Source: Klebsormidium nitens (Eukaryota; Plantae; Klebsormidiophyceae). From it: a stretch of 64,000 nt of DNA. A model generated the notes under the pieces. That model was not told the DNA's origin. It saw only the letters and a list, made by a program, of their open reading frames with translations, and did no database searches. The position numbers and the translations under genes were made by a program. Below, one piece after another: positions 1 to 11,265 of the stretch. Position 1 is the stretch's first letter; every line of letters begins with the position of its first letter. The stretch spans positions 434,001-498,000 of the forward strand of contig DF236952.1 of the NCBI GenBank assembly GCA_000708835.1. Reading direction: 5' to 3'.

Positions 1-3000
1 GGAAAGAAACGGCAGATTGATGTTTCCCGCAAAGCACGAAGACGTCAGGGGGGCCCAAGTAGTAGGCAAGTGCCCCTCAGTACTCGTATCAAAGCAGGAG
101 CTGCTCTCTGGGCTGCCGAACACCGGCTCAGGAAAGGAGTCCATGGCTGGTTGCCTGAAGAGCGGCCCATTGTCACAAAATGATTTACATGGACAAGAGC
201 ATGTATGCAGATCAAGCACCCAAGAACAACAACAAAAGGATTTGAAGAGGGCACTAAACAGAAGACTCCATGCCACATTTGAGGCAGGCTGGGAGCAGGG
301 TGGAAAAATAATCTTAAGATTGTCACAAAACAGTGCGAGGCTATACCTTGTTGTGGTGAAGGTGCCGCTGTCTTGCTTGAGAAAGGCCACAGACTCCACC
401 TGTAGAACAAGGAAGGCAACTGATGACTGCTGTGTTCACAGAGACCCTGCAAAGATTACAGACCTCAAATCATTATTACCCATGACTCATTTTATTTGAG
501 TTTCGTCAATGATTCGCTTCCAATGGAGGCAACTCGTAAGAATGATGCCTGGTAACGGTGCCATACACCGCACAGAAGACAGAGACCACCACCACATACT
601 GAACCACAGATGGACAGGGGCCAGCGTGAAAAACTTGCAAAAAGTGGTTTACAGGCGGGCAAACAAGTGCACAAAGGAAAAGCTTGAATACGACTCATCA
701 AGCATTTCCAGAGTCCCTTTTCTAACGCTTTATGAAAGCACACAAGAGAGTCAGAGGCCAGCAAACCGGACAGAGGCGAACCACATCCAACATTTAGGCC
801 ACATCAAAACTTAAGATGTCCCAAGCCCGTCGTCCCGTTCGCAGCACCTGTGGCCGCGGCGGGATAGCGAGGGCTGGGTGCATGTGGCAGGCAGGGTCTT
901 CAGTCCTGAGAGCCGCACTGCTGTCGCTGCCTGGGAACGGGCTCATGGGCATAGAAACGACCAAGAACCAACTTTAAAGGAGCCAAGACCACTGAACTTC
1001 AAGCTGTGAAGAAGTCGTTTCTTATTGAGATGGCAATGAGGTCAAACTGCTTTGGACCGCTGCTTTTGGACATTGGAGACAATTGGGAAGGGAATCTACA
1101 CTTAAATGGAGCATTTCAGTTCTGTAGACTTAGACAAAGAGGATAGGCACAAGGGACGTACTGACGTAAATGGCCAAGGCGATCAGAAAACTTTGAAGAC
1201 TGATCATTGTTTGATCCACACCGGCGTGGGCCTATTCGGTTGGAGAAAGATCTGAATCATCATCTCGCGGGCCAGGGATCCGACGCAGTTGCAAAAATGG
1301 AGAAACAATCTACTGCTTACAAGACAAGGGCAAAGTTGGTGAGGGTAGAGACCACAGAATTGAGAATTTATCAGAGATTCAGATAGAGCTCAGATTTTCT
1401 GGTATGCTAACATGTGCAGAAAAACAAGAAGCATGCACCCTCTCAAGCACCAACCTAAAGTGCAGCATTTGATGAGCAGAACAATCCATTTGGTGGTTGC
1501 AAGAGACCTTGGATCAGCTACTGGCTTGGCTCCGTAGAGCTATCGCAAAGTTGGAATCAGCGTCGATCATTTGGGGAAAGGGTCATCCTTTCCAAGGCCT
1601 CTTGCATATATGACATGAGCAGCAGAATAGATGATCTGTGTGTTTCGGCAATTTAAAAGAGTGGCTTAGAGTTTGTCTGTGTCTGGTAACATCAGACTCT
1701 ACTGACTACTATCAACAGGGAGCGCAATCAGAAAGGACAAAAGGAAGCAATGGAAACAAATGAAACCCCTTTCAATGAGGTGGTAATGGTTGTTGATAAA
1801 ACTCGTAACAAATGATGACAAAACCTAAAGAACTTCAAGATTCCACCCCCCCTTGATCCAATCAAAAACAATAACTGGTCTGTAGCAGAACAATTCAGCT
1901 GCCGAGCAACCTGAGTGTACCAACTCACCTTTCTTTTAGGATGGCATTTGTCTGCAGGTTGCAATGTACGTCCGGTAATCCCTGCCGAGAACAAAACAGC
2001 AAGGTGAGACATATTGCATTCCCTGCAAAACAAATGGAACTCCCGAGAGCAGACTCTGGGGTTTGAATGTACACCTCTAAATTCGCCGCTGGTCATTATG
2101 TTCACGAGGCGACTCAACGAGGCTAACCTCTGCGGCCGTTGAGGATTCCTGGACGAAATGGCATTGGGTCCAAGAGAAGACGTTGGCCGCTACGAATGGA
2201 TGGAACACGACTACCTCAAGAGCAACTTGATGAGGCGATCTGGTTCAGTCATAAGCTGGTTATGATTGCGCGACAACCCAAGACAGTGGTAATGGTTTTG
2301 AAGTACAAACACTAGTGTTCAATAGTAGGATGAGAAAGTGACATTGGAAAGTGCTCAAACACACAAGGGACATTGATGATAAAGACTGATACGAAAGAAT
2401 ACAAAACTTACCTTGGTTACTTGATCTCCATGAGGGCAAACAGGCCCTCAATAGTAAGGAACCTCATGCTTGAGAAAGCCATCTCCTCCCAAAATTCTGC
2501 AGCTGTCAGCCAACATTGCCATTGAGCGATACTCCGACCGCCATCAGCAGAAATGCCACACCTGCTGCTGAGGAGTGGGAAGTGCAACGAGGAATGAGAG
2601 CGCCGATGCGGCGCCCCCTCAGGTCAAAAGAAGACCGCTGAGAATGGTGACCTCTGCGAATCTGTGGGTGCTTTGAAGGCTGAAGCCGCCACCTTCTGGC
2701 ATTGGCGTTGACAGTGCATAGGTCTGGACTCTGAAGTCAGCACTGTGACACTGAAAGATTCTCTGGCGCTTTGGTAGAGTTGGAAATCTGGTCATTTGTC
2801 GTCAAACTCTCTGGATGCTAAGGCCGTACGATCTGTCAAATCAGGTTTTGACCGTCGATAGGAAGGCCCTAGGTGAGAGCTGCAACCGTCAGATAAAATA
2901 GCGCCACGATCGAACGGATGAGATTGACGTGATCAGACCTAAAGTTCCTCTCACGCCAAGGTTGCCAGTTGATGCTAGGTACCTAGCTAGCTAGCAAAGC

Positions 3001-3834
3001 AGCCTGGACAGCAGTCCCTAGATTCGGGATTGAAGACTGGTCATCAGCTCTTCAGCTCCACGAAAAGGTGCAACAGCGAGGAATTTCAATGTACAAATGC
3101 ACAAATATGTGCCATGTAAGCCAAGAGCAGAGTACCTAATTGTAAGCTGAAAGGGAAATGTGGATTTCTTTGTTTGCGAGATGAGGCTGGGAACCCTGCT
3201 GATTGCTGTACCCATTCTTAGGGGGCCTGGTTGCCAAATGCCCACGTGACCACATCCCAACAGCCCATGACATTTGATTTGGGGCAAGCGCACACACCGA
3301 TCTGCTTCTCGGCATTGTGCGACACGTTGTGGGGGTAAATCAAATAGTGCTGAAGAAGGGACCTGAGCTTTGCACTAGAACCCGTGGATTGGACACCAGG
3401 GGGGCCTGGGAAGTTTTTGAGACGTGCTAAAACAAGGTTCAATGCTACAATAAAACAGCACACTCGCCAACTGCCTACACCAACTTCGTTTCCAATGTAG
3501 AACTGCGGCGGAAGGGCGGTGAGGCCTGCCCTCTCTTCTAGCTCGTAGGTACTTTTACAGCAATCATTGGCCAGCTTGTAGTAAGATTCAAGAACAGCGA
3601 TCAAGTGAAACTGTGGGGATAATCTGACTAGTTGCTTGCTGGAAAGTGCGTCAAGCTGCAAGGATCATATTGCAAGACGCTTCCAAGAGTGTTCCGAAGT
3701 TGTTCTGAAACGCTGACGGGAAGGAGACGCAGGCCGCTGCGGCGAGCACGCAGCTACAAAAATGGAGCACGCAAATCCTTCGCAACAAATGGTGGAAAAG
3801 TAGATATAATTTCTGAAAACAAATAAGAGAAAAG

Positions 3835-6800
3835 ATGGACCCTGCGACGAACGTCACGGCGCTCGCTCTGCGGGTGGCCACACTCGAGGTGGGACTGCAG
3901 GAGCTGGCCGCAACGAGCACGCTCCGGACGCTGGTCGCCGGACACCTCTGGACGCTGCAAGCGGGCATCTTTGTCTTCCTCATGCAGGCAAGCCCCACCT
4001 TCCTCGCGTATGCCACTTGGGTTCTATCGTTCTCGTTTTGAGTATGGGCATCTGATCTTTCTGTTTTCACCGGTTCGCACCAGATTTTGGATTTGTTTTT
4101 CCCCCATCCCCTTGGACATGATTCACCTTATGTCTTTTTGTCCGTATAATGAGCATCCTCTCAACTTTGACTTCCTTGGGTTCTTTCTTTGACGTTCCCT
4201 GACACACATGTTCTGCTTTTCCCCCCCTTGCACAAGCCTCTTCGGATTCTCCCACAGGTCTCGGACCTTAAGTCCTTGTTCTCGAGCCCCTCTGGAAGCT
4301 TTGCCTACAAAGTGACAAATTGATTGTCCGCTCTTGCGCTTTTGCTTGTCAGAACCATGAACATTGTTGTGGGCGCTTAAACAGTTTTCATGTTCTGGGC
4401 CTCCTCATAAGGTAACCGAGCCCCAGAATTAAAAAAAAGGGGCACTTTGGGGTTTAGCCCCCTCTCAAAGTCTTGATGCTGAATTCAAGACGATTCAATC
4501 TGGTGATTGCACCATTCCCGCACAAAGGCGTTCGCGCCTTGTACGACCCGGGTTACCAAAGTTGTCTGTGAGCAGTCAAGAATCGCAAAAAGTTCCGTTA
4601 GCTCAAACGTGAAAGGCAGAGGTGTATAGGGAGCCTCGAAACAGATCCACTGATGCTGACGTGTATCGGTGCAATCATAGTTGCTGGGTTCAGTGAGTTG
4701 CTCATAGCCGGATTGAAAGCATTCTTACTGCAACACGGTTTTGTTTTCCACAATCAACTGCGCAAGCCGAGATGGTTTGGCAAGAAGTGATGCACACCAG
4801 GTGAAAAGCAGAGTAAATGCAGAGAGGTTTTTGCTTTTTGTGTCGTACTTTGACACGCTCTGCTGATTGGGGCAGGGAGAGTGCACCTTCAAGACCACGC
4901 TCAAAGTCGGACTGAAAGTTCTGATATGATCCTCACGTTTTGCAGGTCGGATTTGCGCTCGTCGAAGCGGGGACGGTGCGCACGAAGAACACCCGCAACA
5001 TCATGATAAAAAACATTCTTGACGCCTGCATCTCCGCGGTCGCGTTCTGGTCGTTTGGATACGCGCTTGCGTACGGGACCGGAAACAAAGTCCTGGGTTG
5101 GCGGCACCCGGGTAAGGACGGTTAAGCTTAACCTGTTTGTGTGTGGCGGTTTGATGACCTTGATGGGGTTACCATATTGGTGGTCAGTGGGGTTCCCCTT
5201 TCGTTGGAGCAACATGTAGGCACTATCTCCTCGATTTTGCAGATTGCTTTTGGATAATCAACGGTCTTCTCGTTCGCCCTTACATTTTATTACATATGGA
5301 GATTATTACATGGAGATTATTACATGTGGGAAAATTTTGACTTTCGCCATAGCTCATGGCTTTCCTTTGCACGTCGCTTCTGGGTCTGCCAAGTTTTCGG
5401 TCCCTCTATCCGCATCCATAGCTTATGGTCTCCCTCTGCGCCCTCAGATGGCTCTTCGTCCGCCGCGTTCTTCAACGAGCGCGACAAGGTGCGGTGGTTC
5501 TACAAGTGGACGTACGCCGCAACGACGGCGACGATCGTGAACGGAGCGGTGGCGGAGCGAACCAAGTTCCCGGCTTACCTTGTATATAGGTATGCTTACG
5601 CACCCGAAAAGCCTTTGGGCTTCGAGAAAGACCTTTGTGGGCCGTAGCTTTCCAGCGAGTATTGTCGTCTGCTAGTTGGCCCCATGGGCTAGCCGCAAGA
5701 CTCGTTCTATTTTTGAGGCTTTTTGTCCTGTTCTCAAACCCACGCTTCCAGCGACCCGGAAGGGGTTTCAAGGATTGAAGGCGGACAGAGTTGGGACAGG
5801 GCGGCTTGGGGCCCCGTCTCACCGGGTGGGTGCAGGATTGCACTTCGCTTGAAAATCTGGGACTTGGAAGTCAGGGTCTGGGCGGTTTGGTTTTGGGCTC
5901 GTGACGAGACTTTTTGCCTTCTTTCGAACTTATCACTGTGCACGTCCCTGTTATGATCCAATCCGTCAAGAAACCTGCATCGCATAGGCAGCACTTCCAG
6001 CTTATGTGTGGACTATCTGCGTCTGGTCTGCAGCGCCTCAATCGCATCATTCCACTTCGTTCGCATGCCGCGATGAAAAGATCATTTCTCGCAGTGCCCA
6101 TCTCCTACACTGTCTCCTGAGCGGCTTAACATTCTATCTAACTGTCAAGCCCCGTGCTTGCTTCTGTGGTTGCTATGTCCTGACTCTGCTGACACTCCCT
6201 TTCTGAGCAGCTTTCAAAACCAACACTTAGGAGCCACGTCAGTAATCGCAATGTGCCTTTAAGATGCACGCCTTTGCCCGTCCCCTGCAGCTCTCTTCCG
6301 AGCTCCTATTGTACCTGAGCCCTTATGGATGTCATAAGCTATTGATGCACCTGCCCATCGCTGCAGTTTTCTTCTGAGCGGCTTCATCTACCCGGTGGTC
6401 GTCCATCTGATGTGGTCTGCTGATGGGCTGCTGAGCCCTTATACGTACCATAAGATATTGGGCGGGGACGGGTATATCGACCTGGCGGGGGCGACCATTG
6501 TGCACGTGACAGGGGGGGTAAGCTATCCCCACGGGTTGGATATGGTTGGTGGAGTCTGGTCTGAGTCTGGTCTGAACTCGTATGATTTTGTCAATTCTTA
6601 GGAGAAGGCTTCTTCTGAGGTATGCGGCCAAGAAATCTGCACCAATTAACACGTACCGGAACAAGCGCATAAGGATGCGTGCCGCTTTAATGACCTTGAT
6701 AAACTCGGTCCATGACTCCGTAGATTCACATGGTTTCGAAGTTTCCTCCGATTATCCCTACGTGCCCCTTGCTCAGGGGAGCTAGTCATTTCTTTGAATC

Positions 6801-9800
6801 GGACAAATCGAAGCAAAATAAGCCTTTAAATTCAACTGCAAATTCAATTTTTACCCCGTGCAACTCAGATTCACCTGGGCGCTGAGGAAGGGGCCCCTGC
6901 ATAAGCACCAGTACTTCGAGCTGAGTGTTGTTTCAACCCTGTACTGAAACCTTGATATACTCTAACCAACCTGGTGCATCCCCAATCCCTTCTCAGCAAA
7001 CAAGCTTTCTGGCCGCCTGGATGGTTGGCTCCCTGCAGCAACACCAGTTCTCGATCCAAGTTCTGACTGTCACCATCTAAAGCGACTTCTATTTTTCGTA
7101 ACACCGCACTAAACTCTTTCTTAACCCTGGCAGTTAACGAGCTTTTTGGGCGCTTGGATGGTTGGCCCCCGCATCGGTCGCTTCGACATCGACGGCAAGC
7201 CGATCGAGTTCAAGCACCACTCGATCGCCTTCATTGCAACCGGGACTTTGATTCTTTGGGTCGGCTTCTACGGGTTCAACGGCGGGAGTGTGTACATATC
7301 CGACGACCTCCAGGTTAGTGCTTTCTACACCTAACTGGTTATTGACAGCCGATCACGTCATCACCGCGACTCATATTTTTGGGTCGGCTTCTTTGGGTTC
7401 AATGGCGGAAGGGTACACATATCCAACGACCTGCAGGTTAGCGCTCTTCTATTCCTTCAATCAGAGTCTGACTGCAGAATGTATTGTTTGTATGAGTCTC
7501 ACTATCTTCGTCCGCTTGTGCAACTTTGATGGCGGGAATGTGTACATATTTAACGACCTGCACTATAGCGGAATCTCCAATTTTTGGATAGATTCTGTTA
7601 GAAGTCAACGTTTTGTCACGCCGGAATGCTTCAGGGCGCTTGCAAGGGCCATGGGGACTGCCGTAAAGGGTCGACATCTTAGGATGCAAAGAGGTTCGGA
7701 CGCAGACGTCCAGTTCTGTCGAGGAAGTCGCAACTCGGTCGAGAGGAGAGGGTTATTCAAGCCTTGCCAAAACTGCCTTTGAGCCAGAAAAGCGTATCTT
7801 ATAACCTTTTCCGAGCCAAGTTGCTACAAACGAGTGGGTAGTGTCAGTTGAAGGGGCCAAACTTGCTCATCATCAACAGATAGTTCCGAGCAAAGCCGTC
7901 CAAACCAAGCCCTCTGGCTTTCTTAAAACCCAGGTTACTTTTCCGTTACAGTTATGGCTCGACACGATCGCGCGCATCATGATGAACGCGACGGTCTCGG
8001 CGGCGTTCTCGGGGCTCACTGTCTTTGCGGTGTCGCTCATGGCGTCAAGGGCGGTGCAGCCGTCGGACACGTTCAATGGCGTGATTGGGGGCCTTGTGGC
8101 GGCGTCTGCAACAGCGTGAGTGATTTGTTTTACCGGAGTGGCGTTTCCCGGAATTCCGAGAAGAATTCCAGAAACCTTCCAGGTGTTTCCAAGCCCCTTC
8201 CGCTGCCTTTGAAATTCAAAGATGATTTTGACTTTTGGAAGTCAACACACGTTCTACGGCGTGAACGGGGGCCTTGTGGCAGCGTCCGCAACAGCATAAG
8301 TGATATGTCGAAGTGGAGTTCCTTTCGCGGAGATCTTTAGAGGATTCTAGAAGCTTCTGAGCTGTCTCTTATGTTGACTCTGATCTTGAAACGCGGTACG
8401 CTCTGGAAGACAAGACACGTTCAACGGCGTGATTGGGGGCCTCGTGGCGGCGTTAGCAACAGCGCGAGTGGCAGAGTTACCTTTACTGGGAGATAGCTCG
8501 AAGTGCAGTCTCGTCGGAACTGCTTAAGCGTTTCCTTGGACGTTTGTAGAAATCTTGCAGTCTATGTCCAGGCTGCTTATGCTGATAGGAACACAAAACC
8601 GGCTCTTGAAGACGAGAGACGTTTGTTGTGTCTCATGGTGCACGCCCGAGACAAAAATAATGGGATCACCTCGATCGTAGGTTTTAGGCAAGCCGCTCAG
8701 ATCGACGCTGACTTCACAACACTGGCAATCCAGCGTACCTCGTTCCACGCTACTCTGATATCCATCGCTTAGAGAAGGACGACAGATGTTTTATACCGCA
8801 TTTTCAGACGGCCGAAGCATCTCGGTACCTGGGAACCCTGAATATCCAACCCCGTAATGTGCGGGGGCTCTTAACCCCAAAGCTCCTCACCCAATCTCCA
8901 GGAGCGTACCCAGACATGGGCGGCATGCATCGTGGGCTTGCTTTCGGGGCGCACCTACTTTAGTGGCAGCTGGATGTCATATATTATGCTCGGCATAGCT
9001 GTTTCAGTTTCCAGGTCATCAATAAGCCCAGAACGGCTCGGCCTAACAGTCCTAAACCTTTATCTCCAGGAGCGTAACCCAGTCATGGACGGCGTGCATC
9101 GTGGGCTTCATCTCAGGCCTCGACTATTTCGGCAGCAGCCGGATCCCAAATCACGCTGGGAATAGCAGTTTCCAGGACTCTTAACCCAGAGTCATAACCT
9201 CCTTGTTTTCAGGAGCGTAACCCAGACGTGGGCTGCGTGCATTGTGGGCTTCCTCTCGGGCCTCGCCTACTTTGGCAGCAGCCGCCGGGTTTCAAACTAA
9301 CGCCAGGAATAGCAGTTCCAGGACGTTAACCCTGACTCATAACCTCCTTCTTTTCAGGAGCGTAACCCAGACGTGGGCCGCATGCATCGTGGGCTTCCTC
9401 TCCGGCCTCCCCTACTTTGGCAGCAGCCGCCGGGGTTTAAACTTACGCCAGGAAAAGCAGTTCCAGGACGTTAACCCTAACTCATAACCCCCTGAGTTTC
9501 AGGAGCGTAACCCAGACGTGGGCCGCGTGCATCGTGGGCTTCCTCTCGGGCCTCGCCTACTTCGGCGGCAGCCGCCTCTTCCTGTGGCTGCACATCGACG
9601 ATCCCGTAAACGCCGCGGCGGTCCACTTGTGCTGCGGCTGCGTGGGGGGCCTCGCGGTGGGTCTCTTTGCGACAAACGACGGGATCCGCGCAGCATATGG
9701 GATTCCGCAGCCGCGCGCGCAGGGGCTGGTGTACGGGGGGGACTTCACGCTGCTGGGAACGCAGGTAAGTCGACAATGTGAATACTCTAGCTCGGTGGGT

Positions 9801-11265
9801 TTGCAACGAACGATGGGATCCGCGCAGCGTATGGAATAGCGCAGCCACGGGCGCAGGGGCTGCTGTACGAAGGAGACTTGACATTGCTGGGAACGCAGGT
9901 GAGTAGGCGGTGTAAATACTCTTGATGTGTTAAGGAAACGGTGTGTGGAGGAAGTTAACAATGCTGGGAGCGGAGGTGAGTAGGCAATGTGCATATCCAG
10001 ATGTGTTTAGGGGCTTGTACGGGGGGGACTTCACACTGCTGGGAACGCAGGTGAATACGCGGTGTGAATACTCCAGGTGTGTTCGGGGGCTGGTGTAGGG
10101 GGGGGACTTCACACTGCTGGGCATGCACGTGAGTCGGCGGTGCGGATTCCCAGCCCCGCTCAGAGGCTAGTGATGACAGCATTTGTATCGGTTGAACGAG
10201 TCCGACGTCTTTGCAGGTGGTGGGTCTGTTGTTGATCATCGGCTAAGTAGGCGCAACCTCATAGCGCATGTTTGTCATCCTACCTGTCATCAGGAAATCT
10301 CCTGAAACGGATACTCGTCGCAATCTCTGTTATTAGTTTCAAGTTTTCTGATTCTTGTAATAAGTATCTTTGAAACCACCTCGCTATGTTTTGCAGGTGG
10401 TGGGTTTGTTGCTCATCATCGGTTGGGTGGGCGCGACCGCGTTCTGCATGTTCTTCATCCTTCTCGTCACGGGGAACCTCCGTAGCAGCCGGCAGGCAGA
10501 GGAGGTGAGCTCCTGAGTTTATTGGGCCGTCTCAAGCAACAGTAGTAATCTCTTGAAGTGCTCGGCGGACAGCTAGCTCCAGGTTGGGGCTTAGGGCGGC
10601 CTTTGGCGCGGAGCCAAGCGGGCTACGGCGTTCTTTCTGATACTATTGTCTGTTGGGGCTGGTTCCCGTGATTCGACTATTGATTGAGGCTTTTTCTGTA
10701 GTGGGCGTCTAGACATACGGCGCCTCTCTCGTTCTCAAAGGACGCAACAGCAACTGTGGGGCCGCCAGCGATCAATCGCTGCTACCGCGGGGCACTTGCG
10801 ATGTTATCTTCATCGCACAGTACCACCCATGCTCGACCCTTTCCGAAACTCAGAAGACCGTTCTAAGATACTGAACGGGCGATTCTATGCCACGTTGGTC
10901 TAGACGTTCCATACCGCGGCAACATGTCCGACGAGCTCCCTGCGCAAGTGTTCTTGCGCAGAGCGTTTCCTTGACAGATGGCAACGAGACGATCTGGCAG
11001 CACTCCGGTATCTCGGGTGTCAAGTCCCCAAAGTTCATTAGCCCTGATTTTGGAAACCGGTTCCGCAGGTTGGTCTGGACGTTGCATACCACAGCGGCAC
11101 CTCCGACGAGCTCCCCGCGCAAGAGCAGGGCATTTTTGTGGGCGCAAATCATCAATACGTTCCGGCGGCGCTTGCTTTCTCTGGTTCTTAGAATTTCAAC
11201 AGCTGCAATTCTGAACTTACAATTGCCATTTGCAGGTTGGTCTCGATGTTGCGTATCACGGGGGC
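3835..11265 (+). CDS. AMT1: Ammonium transporter domain (Amt/Mep/Rh family, AMT1-like) of the fusion gene
   Basis: Motifs seen: FLMQVGFALVEAGTVRTKN, GAVAERTKF, GFIYPVVVHLMWS, DLAGATIVHVTGG (first pore His), GPRIGRFD, GFYGFNGGS, IDDPVNAAAVH (second pore His), and C-terminal GLDVAYHGG. Confidence 0.93.

Noticed and set aside
1-3700. Several 60-160 aa ORFs on both strands and a strong minus-strand donor near 2410
   Set aside because: I found no recognisable domain, no consistent exon chain, and no transposon motif I can name. A divergent gene or decayed element cannot be excluded; BLASTX and RNA-seq would decide.
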